Made by a program: the position numbers and the translations under genes. 64,000 bases of DNA from Clostridia bacterium (GTDB lineage Bacteria; Bacillota; Clostridia; RGIG6154), in NCBI GenBank assembly GCA_017409875.1, contig JAFQRW010000008.1:181390-245389 (forward strand). Reading direction: 5' to 3'. Shown here piece by piece: positions 19,465 to 28,521 of the stretch (positions within the stretch are counted from its first letter, which is position 1; every line of letters starts with the position of its first letter). Below the pieces are notes generated by a model. It worked only from the letters and a program-made list of their open reading frames with translations, was not told where the DNA came from and did no database searches.

Positions 19465-20670
19465 ATGTTTAAACCGGAACTTATTACTTTAATACACAAT
19501 GCAGCAGTTATTCAAAGATGGAATGACCATATAAGACCTGGCACGGGATTTGTGGAAATGGATAAACAGGCACATAAAACCTTTTATGCATTTGTGCTGG
19601 CGAAGTGTCATGAAGATGCAGGCGGAGAAGTTGATTATGTCAAGCTTATAGATGGCATTATTTTTGAGTTTTTGCACAGAGTTATCTTAACCGATATCAA
19701 ACCTCCCATTTATCATAAACTAAAAAAAGAGATGGGAGATAAAATCGACGAGTATGTTGAGTGCGAATTAAAGGATTATTTAGAAGGAATAAAAGATTTT
19801 CCTGACAAAATGCACAAATACTTTACAGATTTAACATACAGCGCTACAGAACGTGATATAATAAGGTTTGCACATTACCTCGCAACAAAATGGGAATTTG
19901 ATATTATATACCCATTAAATATCGGAATGTATAATATTGAAAAAACAAAAGCAGAGGTTAATGAAAGCCTTGCAAAGTGTAACTGGTTTGACGGAAAACG
20001 TGTTTTTTATCAAAATCCTAAACTTACCGATTTTTTGAATTTAATAGGACAGCTTAGATTTCAGCAAAGATGGACAGCAACAGCAAGAATACCACAGACT
20101 TCAGTCATGGCACATACGTTTGTCGTTGCAGTGCTTTCATATTTTTGCACGGTTGAGACAGGTGGATGCAATCAAAGAATAGAGAACAACTTTTTTGGTG
20201 CACTTTTCCACGACTTGCCAGAAGTTTTAACCCGTGATATCATCTCTCCTGTTAAAAGAGGTGTAGAGGGGTTAGATGAGATTATTAAAAATATCGAAGA
20301 CAGTCAGATGAAGAGTGTTATCTATCCTCTAATCCCTGAAAAGTGGGTACAGCAGCTTGAGTTTTTTACTAATGACGAATTTTCTTCAAAAGTTGTAATA
20401 AACGGAGAAATAAAGACAGTTACTTCAGAAGAAATCAGCAAAAATTACAATGAAAAAATATTTAATCCGATAGACGGAAAAATCATAAGAGCGTGCGACC
20501 ATTTGTCTGCATATTTAGAAGCGTACCTGTCTATGAAAAACGGTATTGAGGCAGAACCTCTAAAAAGGGCATTGGTAACATTAAGAGACACATACAAAGA
20601 TCTTAAAGTTGCAGGAATTGATTTCGGTGCATATTTTGAGTATTTCTTTGAAGAGGCATATAACAAATAG
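19465..20670 (+). CDS. HD-domain phosphohydrolase with tandem YfbR-like (5'-deoxynucleotidase-like) halves
   Basis: 401 aa. Second half has QRW...MAHTF...LFHDLPEVLTRDIISPVK, similar to YfbR H..HD..D motifs. First half is a degenerate copy (IQRWNDHIRP...). Confidence 0.55.
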   Translation: MFKPELITLIHNAAVIQRWNDHIRPGTGFVEMDKQAHKTFYAFVLAKCHEDAGGEVDYVKLIDGIIFEFLHRVILTDIKPPIYHKLKKEMGDKIDEYVECELKDYLEGIKDFPDKMHKYFTDLTYSATERDIIRFAHYLATKWEFDIIYPLNIGMYNIEKTKAEVNESLAKCNWFDGKRVFYQNPKLTDFLNLIGQLRFQQRWTATARIPQTSVMAHTFVVAVLSYFCTVETGGCNQRIENNFFGALFHDLPEVLTRDIISPVKRGVEGLDEIIKNIEDSQMKSVIYPLIPEKWVQQLEFFTNDEFSSKVVINGEIKTVTSEEISKNYNEKIFNPIDGKIIRACDHLSAYLEAYLSMKNGIEAEPLKRALVTLRDTYKDLKVAGIDFGAYFEYFFEEAYNK

Positions 20671-20686
20671 GAAAGGACAGATAAAA

Positions 20687-21508
20687 ATGAGTGAATGTAC
20701 ACATGATTGCAGCACTTGCAGTTCAAATTGTCAAAGCAGGGAGCCTGTAAGTTTGCTTGAACCATTGAACGAAAAATCAAGTGTTAAGAAAGTTATTGGA
20801 GTAATCAGCGGCAAAGGCGGAGTTGGAAAATCTTTGGTAACATCTTTGCTTGCAGCTAAAATGAATAAAAAAGGCTTTGAAACAGCTATTTTAGATGCTG
20901 ATATTACCGGCCCGTCAATACCTAAAGCTTTTGGGATTAAAGAAAAAGCAACAGGTGATGATACAGGACTTATCCCTGTAGAAAGCAGTGGCGGGATTAA
21001 AATTATGTCAACTAATCTTTTGCTTCCCGAAGAAACAGATCCTGTTGTATGGAGAGGCCCGGTTATTGCAGGGGCAGTAAAGCAGTTCTGGACAGATGTT
21101 ATCTGGAATGATGTTGACTATATGTTTGTAGATATGCCTCCGGGAACAGGTGATGTTGCACTCACTGTGTTCCAGAGCCTGCCTTTAGATGGTATTGTTA
21201 TTGTAACATCACCGCAGGACTTGGTTTCAATGATTGTGGGAAAAGCCGTTAAAATGGCATATCTTATGAATATACCGGTTTTGGGACTTGTTGAAAACTA
21301 CAGCTATCTTGAGTGCCCCGATTGCGGCAAAAAGATAAATGTTTTTGGGCAAAGTAAAATAGAAGAAGTAGCAAAAGAATACAGTCTTAAAGTTTTAGCT
21401 AAGCTTCCAATAAATCCTGAATATGCAGCAAAATGCGATGCAGGAAAAGTTGAAGAAATTGAAACTGATTGGCTTGATGATGCAATTTCAGCAATAGAAA
21501 ATGCATAA
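20687..21508 (+). CDS. Mrp/NBP35 family iron-sulfur cluster carrier ATPase (ApbC-like)
   Basis: N-terminal Cys-rich segment, deviant Walker A GKGGVGKS, ParA/MinD fold, CPxC (CPDC) near the C-terminus. ATG at 20687 after a GGA-rich RBS. Confidence 0.85.
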   Translation: MSECTHDCSTCSSNCQSREPVSLLEPLNEKSSVKKVIGVISGKGGVGKSLVTSLLAAKMNKKGFETAILDADITGPSIPKAFGIKEKATGDDTGLIPVESSGGIKIMSTNLLLPEETDPVVWRGPVIAGAVKQFWTDVIWNDVDYMFVDMPPGTGDVALTVFQSLPLDGIVIVTSPQDLVSMIVGKAVKMAYLMNIPVLGLVENYSYLECPDCGKKINVFGQSKIEEVAKEYSLKVLAKLPINPEYAAKCDAGKVEEIETDWLDDAISAIENA

Positions 21509-21513
21509 AAATA

Positions 21514-21545
21514 AGCCACCTTTTAAGGTGGCTTTGATTTTTTAT
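21514..21545. terminator. bidirectional rho-independent terminator
   Basis: AGCCACCTT-ttaa-AAGGTGGCT then TTGATTTTTTA. Lies between convergent genes. Confidence 0.75.
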
Positions 21546-22150
21546 TATGCATCATACACTTCGAAAGAAGTATCGGTGTAATTTTCTTTGATACTATAGT
21601 AAAAATTAGCTTTTGTCGCTTCCATATACGGGAACACATAGATTCCTGCAATGCCGAAAGTAACGGAAACCAAAAGTCCCCAGCCTATGAAGGAAAGGTA
21701 GAGTATAAACAAATCTGCTTTGTGCCCGTTCATCATTTTCTTGCTGGCGTTTAATGCTTCCATTGCGGTAAATGACTTGTTTTCAGCAAGGATATATGGT
21801 GCCATTGAATATGAAAGAGACGCAATAATTCCGGGAATTACAAAAAGCAAAGACCACAAAAAAGTAAACAGTGGAATTAAAATATATAAAAGTATTGCGT
21901 GAGCCAAAACGTCAAAATGATTAAAAAGCTCTAATAGTTTAGGTGGCTCGCCGTTTCTTAATTTTAAGAAAATGGTTATAAGACCAATATCAAGCGGTGC
22001 CGAAATAACAATAGTTGCAATAGCACCAATACTTGGGATTGCAGAAACCGCACTGCTTATAACTATACAAATAAGCATGCACACAAATAAAGCACCAATG
22101 TTTCCGCTTATTTGTTGCTTTGCCATCGCTTTAAGTTCGATTCTGTTCAT
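21545..22150 (-). CDS. DUF975 family membrane protein
   Basis: 201 aa. Typical DUF975 N-terminus with multiple TM helices. AAGGAG RBS. Confidence 0.6.
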   Translation of the reverse strand: MNRIELKAMAKQQISGNIGALFVCMLICIVISSAVSAIPSIGAIATIVISAPLDIGLITIFLKLRNGEPPKLLELFNHFDVLAHAILLYILIPLFTFLWSLLFVIPGIIASLSYSMAPYILAENKSFTAMEALNASKKMMNGHKADLFILYLSFIGWGLLVSVTFGIAGIYVFPYMEATKANFYYSIKENYTDTSFEVYDA

Positions 22151-22396
22151 ATAAATACTCCTTTAATTATATCATCAAACTACAGAATTTAAGGCGGTCT
22201 TGAATTTTTGAAGTTTACTACATTAATTGTAACACATATACTGTTAAAAATCAATAAAAAAACAAATTGAATTATAACTAAGCAACATATAGCAACTAAT
22301 AAAAAAATTGACAATAAAACTAATATATTCTATCATAAATAAGTAGTATAAGTGAAAAATTGGCATATTGTTGCAAAAGCATATATAGGAGAAATC

Positions 22397-22657
22397 ATGG
22401 AAAACAACTTTTCATACTTTCAAAATTATAAATGCACATATTTTCCTTGCCATAAAAATGCGGGAGAGAATTTTAACTGTATGTTTTGCTATTGCCCGCT
22501 TTATGCATTAGGAGATAAGTGCGGAGGGAATTTCACCTACACGCAAGACGGCATTAAAGACTGTTCTGACTGCTTTATTCCACACAGTGAAAATGGATAT
22601 TCTTACGTAATTTCAAAGATTGATAAAATTAAAAAACTTGCTGAAAGAGAAGATTAG
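22397..22657 (+). CDS. cysteine-rich small domain protein
   Basis: CHKNAGENFNCMFCYCPLY...CGGNF...CSDCFIPH. Start taken at the ATG after AGGAG. The ORF track starts 15 codons earlier. Confidence 0.55.
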   Translation: MENNFSYFQNYKCTYFPCHKNAGENFNCMFCYCPLYALGDKCGGNFTYTQDGIKDCSDCFIPHSENGYSYVISKIDKIKKLAERED

Positions 22658-22719
22658 TTTGTCGATTTTTATTTTAACCAGATACGAGCATATAATAATT
22701 GAAAATATGAGGTGGTAAA

Positions 22720-23424
22720 GTGCTATTATATATAGTAAGACACGGAGATCCTATTTATGAGACAGATTCTTTAACAGACAGGGGAAAGTTGCAAGCGGAA
22801 GCCGTAGGAAAAAGAATGTTTGATGCAAAAATAGACAGAATTTTTTCTTCCCCTATGGGACGCGCAAAAGAAACTGCAGAACCTGCGTGCCGATTGCTTG
22901 GACTTGAAAAAAACATAGAAGAATGGACTCACGAGATAGGTGATGAAAGATTGACACCTTTTCCTGACGGAAAAATGAAATCAATCACATTAGTGCAGAA
23001 TACATATTATCGTGAAAATGGGAATATAGATTTGCCTTATGACAGAACTTATGAATGTAGTGGTATAAATCAATCCAATATGGAATCAGCGGTGAAATAC
23101 ATCGAGGAAAACGGAAAAGAATTTCTCGAAAGACTGGGTTATCGTGAAGAAAACGGCATTTATCGTATTTTAAGAAATAATGAAGAAAAGGTTGCACTCT
23201 TTTGCCATGCCGCTTTTTCACGGGCATGGCTTTCTGTTTTATTACACATACCTCTTCATATAATGTGGGCATCGTTTCAATATACACATACAGGAGTCAC
23301 AGTTGTTGAATTCCAGAATAACGCAAACGGAATCACTGCTCCACGATGTTTGTGTTTTTCGGACGTTTCACATCTGTATGCATCAGGTCTGGATTTGTTG
23401 CACGATAACAGAGTGGGAATATAG
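22720..23424 (+). CDS. histidine phosphatase family protein (phosphoglycerate mutase-like)
   Basis: LLYIVRHGDPIY (RHG catalytic motif) and a later histidine region. GTG start. Confidence 0.75.
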   Translation: MLLYIVRHGDPIYETDSLTDRGKLQAEAVGKRMFDAKIDRIFSSPMGRAKETAEPACRLLGLEKNIEEWTHEIGDERLTPFPDGKMKSITLVQNTYYRENGNIDLPYDRTYECSGINQSNMESAVKYIEENGKEFLERLGYREENGIYRILRNNEEKVALFCHAAFSRAWLSVLLHIPLHIMWASFQYTHTGVTVVEFQNNANGITAPRCLCFSDVSHLYASGLDLLHDNRVGI

Positions 23425-23464
23425 TTTATAATTCTTGCTTGACGGCTTAGGAGGTAATCATTTA

Positions 23465-24328
23465 GTGAAAAAAACATATTTTTATGCGGGAGTTTCTATC
23501 TTTTGTTGGTCAACAGTTGCGACAACTTGCAAAATCCTTCTTCGTGAGCTTAACAACATACAGCTTCTGTGGATGAATTCACTGATTGCAGGATTGTTTT
23601 TGCTTTTGTTAAATATTTGCCTCGGGAACTTTAAAAAATATAAAAATTATAAATTAAAAGACTATTTAATTATGGTTGCAATAGGAATTCCCAGCACAAT
23701 ATTTTATTATATGTTTTATTATGCAGGAACGGATATTTTACCTGCATCGCAGGCGTTTATCATTAATTATCTGTGGCCGATAATGAGTGTATTGTTTGCG
23801 TGTATTATTTTAAAAGAAAAATTTACAGCAAAAAAACTTGTTGCTATTTTTATTTCGTTTTTTGGTGTAATTGTTGTTATAGGCGGAGACATAGATGGCT
23901 TTAACGGTCAGATGCTCTTTGGAGCGCTTTATTGTATTCTTGGGGCTGTCTCATATGGTATATTTACAGCTCTTAATCAAAAAATGAATTACAATAAGAG
24001 TATGACACTTATGGTAAGCTATTTTGCTACTTTTATATTCACGCTATTGATTAATTTAATCAATGGAGATGTTTTTATACCCGACACTAATCAAATGCTT
24101 GGGTTTGTGTGGAATGGTGTTTTTACGGTGGCGATTGCAAATACCTTTTGGGTTATGGCGCTTGAAACCGGGAAAACAGAGAAGGTATCAAATCTTGCAT
24201 ACATAACACCGTTTTTATCGCTTGTATGGACATATTTATTCTTAAATGAAGCAATAAAACTAAGCTCGTTAGTAGGATTGATAATTATTATTTTTGGAAT
24301 ATTAATTCAGATGAAAGAAAAGAAGTAA
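23465..24328 (+). CDS. DMT superfamily transporter (EamA-like, 10 TM)
   Basis: Two EamA repeats. GTG start after AGGAGG. The ORF track begins 10 codons upstream at 23435. Confidence 0.7.
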   Translation: MKKTYFYAGVSIFCWSTVATTCKILLRELNNIQLLWMNSLIAGLFLLLLNICLGNFKKYKNYKLKDYLIMVAIGIPSTIFYYMFYYAGTDILPASQAFIINYLWPIMSVLFACIILKEKFTAKKLVAIFISFFGVIVVIGGDIDGFNGQMLFGALYCILGAVSYGIFTALNQKMNYNKSMTLMVSYFATFIFTLLINLINGDVFIPDTNQMLGFVWNGVFTVAIANTFWVMALETGKTEKVSNLAYITPFLSLVWTYLFLNEAIKLSSLVGLIIIIFGILIQMKEKK

Positions 24329-24443
24329 AAAATTTGTCCCCGACTTGGCACGAGTAATAATATGTAGAGTTTTGACGATAATATAAATAAGAATTTGACG
24401 GAGTTGTTCATTTAGAATCAACTACCGGAGAGGAATTGCCGAG

Positions 24444-25046
24444 ATGAAAAGATTTTTCATAAAGTATAATCTTGAAATACTGACAACATTGATGTTTACC
24501 TTCGTTACACTGGTTGCAATTTTTAATACAACACCATCAATTACGCAAAAAATGCTTGTAGCATATGTGTTTCTTTTTACACTTCATGAGTGGGAAGAAA
24601 ACAGATTTCCGGGCGGATTTGTAAACATCATGGAAGAAATGATAGGCAAGAAATTCAGCGAAGATGCAAAAGAACTATCGCATATTCCAGTGATAATTTT
24701 ACTTCTGCTTATTCATATCATTCCGTATCTTTTTGACTCCGTAGTTTTTTTGACTTTGATTCCTGTCTTTCTTGGCGTTTTTGAAGGATTCGTACATATT
24801 ATGGGTGTCAAATTGTCCAAAGCAAAAAAATTCTACACTCCGGGAATGGTTACGGCATATATGATGTTGGCTGTATCCATTTTCAATATTTACTATTTAA
24901 TAGCAAACAAAATGATAATAGGAAAAGACTGTTTGTTGGGTATTGCTTGTATGCTCGTGAGTTTTGCTATTATGCAAAACAGAGTGCTTGTGATAAACGG
25001 TATTTCTTATAAAGATATGCTCAATATAATAAAGAAAAAGAAGTAA
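24444..25046 (+). CDS. HXXEE domain-containing membrane protein
   Basis: 200 aa, about 6 TM helices, conserved LHEWEE (HxxEE) motif. Confidence 0.6.
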   Translation: MKRFFIKYNLEILTTLMFTFVTLVAIFNTTPSITQKMLVAYVFLFTLHEWEENRFPGGFVNIMEEMIGKKFSEDAKELSHIPVIILLLLIHIIPYLFDSVVFLTLIPVFLGVFEGFVHIMGVKLSKAKKFYTPGMVTAYMMLAVSIFNIYYLIANKMIIGKDCLLGIACMLVSFAIMQNRVLVINGISYKDMLNIIKKKK

Positions 25047-25347
25047 ATTCCAACGTATAAAACAGTTAGATAAATTTCAATTTGTCGAGTTGTTTTATAA
25101 AACTTAATACAATAGTTTGCCGATTTTGATATTTACATATCGGGCAGGAAAACCTATTATTCCTGCGGGTTCTAAAGAATTTTGTTCAAAGAAAACAGTT
25201 GAAAAAATAGTAGGTCCTATTATTCACTGTTCACCCGACTTGACACGAACTTTTACTAAAATATAATAACACTTGAAATATGTGTAAAATAGTGATATAC
25301 TTAAATAAACAGGTATTAAAATATAATATGAAAGAAGACATAGATAA

Positions 25348-27639
25348 GTGGCAATAACATACGAACGAAAAAAACAAAATAATATTTTATATACAATTGT
25401 TGCTACACTTTTAATATGTGCAGTTTTTTTTGCGATGGTTGTATCTTTCTTTATTAAGGCTGAGGGCGATGCTTATGAAATGCTTCATATTCAGACAAAA
25501 CAGATTAAAGACGATCTTACCTTGCAGTTAAAATCAGACAGAGAAAACCTTATTACTATGGCAAACTTTGCGTCAAAGCTCTATGCTGACGGAAAAGGCT
25601 ATGAGCGTATGTTTGATTCCTTTAAGCCTATCGGTTTGTTTTCAAGAATTGGTATACTTAATCCGGACTGCACCTTTATCACAAAGGACGGAGTTTATGA
25701 TTTAAAAGGACAAATTTCATTTGAAGAACAAGCCCTTTTAGGAGAACATGTTACCGGTAGAACTTATAGCTATTCAATGCCCGATGAGCAGGTAGTCCGC
25801 AGCTCTGTTCCGATTCAGGTAAACGGAGAAACTGTTGGCATTATGTATGGTATTATCAATATCGAAACTATCAACGAAAAATACAATAATATGGCAAAAG
25901 AGCTTGATGCTCAGCTTTTTGTTTATGATAAGGAAACAGGAAAATTTATTATAGATACAATAAATGAAAAACCATCTGAACTGTCAAACTTGAAAGACAG
26001 GGAGTATAATGACGGCTATTCATACGAATTGATGGTAAATTCCGACAAAGGTTATTCTTCTTTTAAGTCAATACGTACAGGGGAGAATCTTTATATTCAT
26101 TATTCTATCATTGAAGATTTTAACTGGGGTATTATGCTTGCCCGTTATGAAACTCAGGTGTTTGAGGAAACTCATAGAATATCTCAAAACTTATTTGTTA
26201 TCTTTGGTGTAATCATCTTGATTATGGCAGTTTATCTTGAGTTGATATTAAAAAACGAAAAAAACAGAGCAAAATTAAATTCAGAGTCTTCTGCTATCAG
26301 GCATCTTCTTCTGGAAATAAACAGGCAACATGAAAATATAAATACCGCTTTAAGAAGAATAAAAGAATTTTCAAGTGCCCGTTCCTGCTTCTTTGCAGAT
26401 ACCGACGGAGAAGATTATTACTACATAAAGCCTTCCTTAAAGGATAAATGCTTGTTGGGTGACGAAAGAAAATACTTTATCAGTGAGCTTTTCAGGTATG
26501 CCGCAAACATTCATTCGGATAATTCATCTACCGGATTTATGCAGATTATTCCCAACAGTCACCTTTTAAAAACCAATCCGGAATTGTATCACTTTTTATT
26601 AAATCAAGGCATCAAAGATGTTTCTTTTGCGATTATTGCAGACAAAAACAACCATGTTAGTATCTTAGGTGCGATTAATCCCAAAAAAAGTTATGAAATC
26701 AGAAAACTCGCCAGCGATGTTGTTATTTGCTTTTCTATTGCCATATATAACAAAAAGCATCTTAACAAAACTGAGCTTGCTGCAACAACGGATTCTCTTA
26801 CCGGAGCCTTAAACCGTGTTGCATATAAAAAAGACATTCTCGTTTTTGACGAAGAAAAACCGGAAGATTTTTCCTGCATTTATATTGATGTTAACGAGCT
26901 TCATATCAGGAACAATAAATACGGACACGCCGCAGGCGATGAAATGCTTATCTATATTGCAAACTCCTTAAAGGAAGTGTTCTTTGGCCAGTACATTTAT
27001 CGTATGGGTGGCGATGAATTTTTAGTGTTTGCGAAAAAGATTCCACAAGAAATTATTAAACAGAGCATAGAAACCTTTGTTCAGCAAATAAAAACAAAGG
27101 ACTACAACGTTGCTATTGGTATATCTCACAGAACTCGAAATACAAACAGTGAAGAAATGGTTCGTGAAGCTGAAATCAGAATGTATGAGGCAAAGGCTCA
27201 GTATTATCAGGAAAAAGAAATGAAAAACACCTCGCATATTGATGACAAAGGTTATGTTCATACAAAGACAGGCATACTCGAAATTGATACGATGATTTCT
27301 ATTCTGAAAGAAAATTATAATGGAATATATCGTGTAGACTTAGATACAGACAAAGCACATCGTATTTTGATGCCTGCATACCTTGGTTATAATGAAAATG
27401 AGGAACATTTTTCTAAGCTTTTGATTAAGTATATAGATGATTCTGTTGCACCTGAATTTCACAGAGCAACTATGAACTTTTTGAACTATGATGCTCTTAA
27501 AAGACAACTTTTGGAAGGTAATACTCCCAGAATTACATATAAAAAGACTAACGGAGAAACTGTAATCCTTAGTATTTATAGGTTAAGCAATGAAGAAAAT
27601 TCTGTAAATAATACGCTTTGGGTTTTTGCAAAAGATTAA
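25348..27639 (+). CDS. membrane sensor diguanylate cyclase (periplasmic Cache-like domain, GGDEF domain with intact GGDEF motif, C-terminal extra domain)
   Basis: 763 aa, two TM helices flanking a periplasmic domain of about 250 aa. GGDEF domain has TGALNR ... YRMGGDEFLVFA. GTG start. Confidence 0.8.
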   Translation: MAITYERKKQNNILYTIVATLLICAVFFAMVVSFFIKAEGDAYEMLHIQTKQIKDDLTLQLKSDRENLITMANFASKLYADGKGYERMFDSFKPIGLFSRIGILNPDCTFITKDGVYDLKGQISFEEQALLGEHVTGRTYSYSMPDEQVVRSSVPIQVNGETVGIMYGIINIETINEKYNNMAKELDAQLFVYDKETGKFIIDTINEKPSELSNLKDREYNDGYSYELMVNSDKGYSSFKSIRTGENLYIHYSIIEDFNWGIMLARYETQVFEETHRISQNLFVIFGVIILIMAVYLELILKNEKNRAKLNSESSAIRHLLLEINRQHENINTALRRIKEFSSARSCFFADTDGEDYYYIKPSLKDKCLLGDERKYFISELFRYAANIHSDNSSTGFMQIIPNSHLLKTNPELYHFLLNQGIKDVSFAIIADKNNHVSILGAINPKKSYEIRKLASDVVICFSIAIYNKKHLNKTELAATTDSLTGALNRVAYKKDILVFDEEKPEDFSCIYIDVNELHIRNNKYGHAAGDEMLIYIANSLKEVFFGQYIYRMGGDEFLVFAKKIPQEIIKQSIETFVQQIKTKDYNVAIGISHRTRNTNSEEMVREAEIRMYEAKAQYYQEKEMKNTSHIDDKGYVHTKTGILEIDTMISILKENYNGIYRVDLDTDKAHRILMPAYLGYNENEEHFSKLLIKYIDDSVAPEFHRATMNFLNYDALKRQLLEGNTPRITYKKTNGETVILSIYRLSNEENSVNNTLWVFAKD

Positions 27640-27645
27640 AATTTG

Positions 27646-27674
27646 TTGACAAAGACGGTTCATTGTGTTAAAAT
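27646..27674 (+). promoter_or_regulatory. sigma-70-type promoter driving the riboswitch-led operon
   Basis: TTGACA (27646-51), 17-nt spacer, TAAAAT (27669-74). Confidence 0.55.
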
Positions 27675-27689
27675 TAATAACAAATGAAT

Positions 27690-27806
27690 ATTTAGCAAAA
27701 TCGGCGAAAGCCGGTGACGCAAAGCAAAGAGGCTAAAGCTTATGCCACGCCAGTCCAGCTGCAATGATAAGAGTCTTTCATGGCTTTCTATTGTTGCAGT
27801 TTTTTG
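27690..27806 (+). promoter_or_regulatory. candidate c-di-GMP-I (GEMM) riboswitch with terminator expression platform
   Basis: AGCAAAAUCGGC-GAAA-GCCGGUGACGCAAAGC reproduces the GEMM-I core: GCAAA, a P2 hairpin with GNRA tetraloop, then the near-invariant GACGCAAAGC. A second hairpin region follows (GCUUAU ... AUAAG). Its 3' arm overlaps an intrinsic terminator. Confidence 0.55.
27759..27806 (+). terminator. intrinsic terminator (riboswitch expression platform)
   Basis: CUGCAAUGAUA ... UAUUGUUGCAG stem of 11 bp (two G-U pairs) followed by UUUUUUG. Confidence 0.6.
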
Positions 27807-27822
27807 TTTATAGGAGAATTGT

Positions 27823-28515
27823 ATGAATGTAGTTACAAGAGAAGAAAAGAAATTTTTAATAAGTCTTGAAGAATTTCGGAATAAGTCACATTACCTTGAT
27901 AATCTGCTCATTCAGGATGAACATAACGGCATTGATGGATATATAATTAGGTCGCTCTATTTTGACACAGTTTACGATGATGATTTTTTTGAAAAACTTG
28001 AAGGTACAGAAACAAGGCGGAAGATACGCCTTAGAATTTATGACCCAAAACACGATTTTGCAATGCTGGAAATGAAGCAAAAACAGGGTGCGGCACAGAA
28101 AAAACGTTCACTTAGAATGACGAAAGCCGATGCCGAGGATTTAATCAAAGGCAAATATGAAGTTTTACTGAAATATGAAGAAGATTTTGCAAAAGAGTGC
28201 TACGGACTTATGCATTATAAATGCTACCGACCGAAAACGATTGTTCAGTATAACAGAAAGGCATACATAGCAAAGGAAAATAAAATAAGAATTACCTTTG
28301 ACAATAATATCGTGGCAACAGAAACCAATTTTGATTTGTTTTGCGAAAACCTTGTTATGTATCCTGTTTTAGACAAATTCAATGTTGTTTTAGAAGTGAA
28401 ATTTAACGGATTTTTGCTTGATTATATCAGGCAGTTTATAAACAGCATCAATAAAAGCGAGCTTTCGGTAAGCAAATACGCCTTAGCGAGACAGCAAAGT
28501 TATGCGGAGGTTTAA
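27823..28515 (+). CDS. VTC domain-containing protein (polyphosphate polymerase-like / CYTH-like fold)
   Basis: 230 aa. The pattern YIIRSLYFDT ... RRKIRLRIYD ... LEMK is typical of the bacterial VTC domain that co-occurs with DUF4956 and CotH. Confidence 0.65.
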   Translation: MNVVTREEKKFLISLEEFRNKSHYLDNLLIQDEHNGIDGYIIRSLYFDTVYDDDFFEKLEGTETRRKIRLRIYDPKHDFAMLEMKQKQGAAQKKRSLRMTKADAEDLIKGKYEVLLKYEEDFAKECYGLMHYKCYRPKTIVQYNRKAYIAKENKIRITFDNNIVATETNFDLFCENLVMYPVLDKFNVVLEVKFNGFLLDYIRQFINSINKSELSVSKYALARQQSYAEV

Positions 28516-28521
28516 TAAATT

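Noticed and set aside
25141-25172. Hairpin GCAGGAA ... TTCCTGC after the HXXEE gene as a terminator.
   Set aside because: The stem is imperfect and the downstream T-tract is weak, so it is only a possible terminator and is not listed as a feature.
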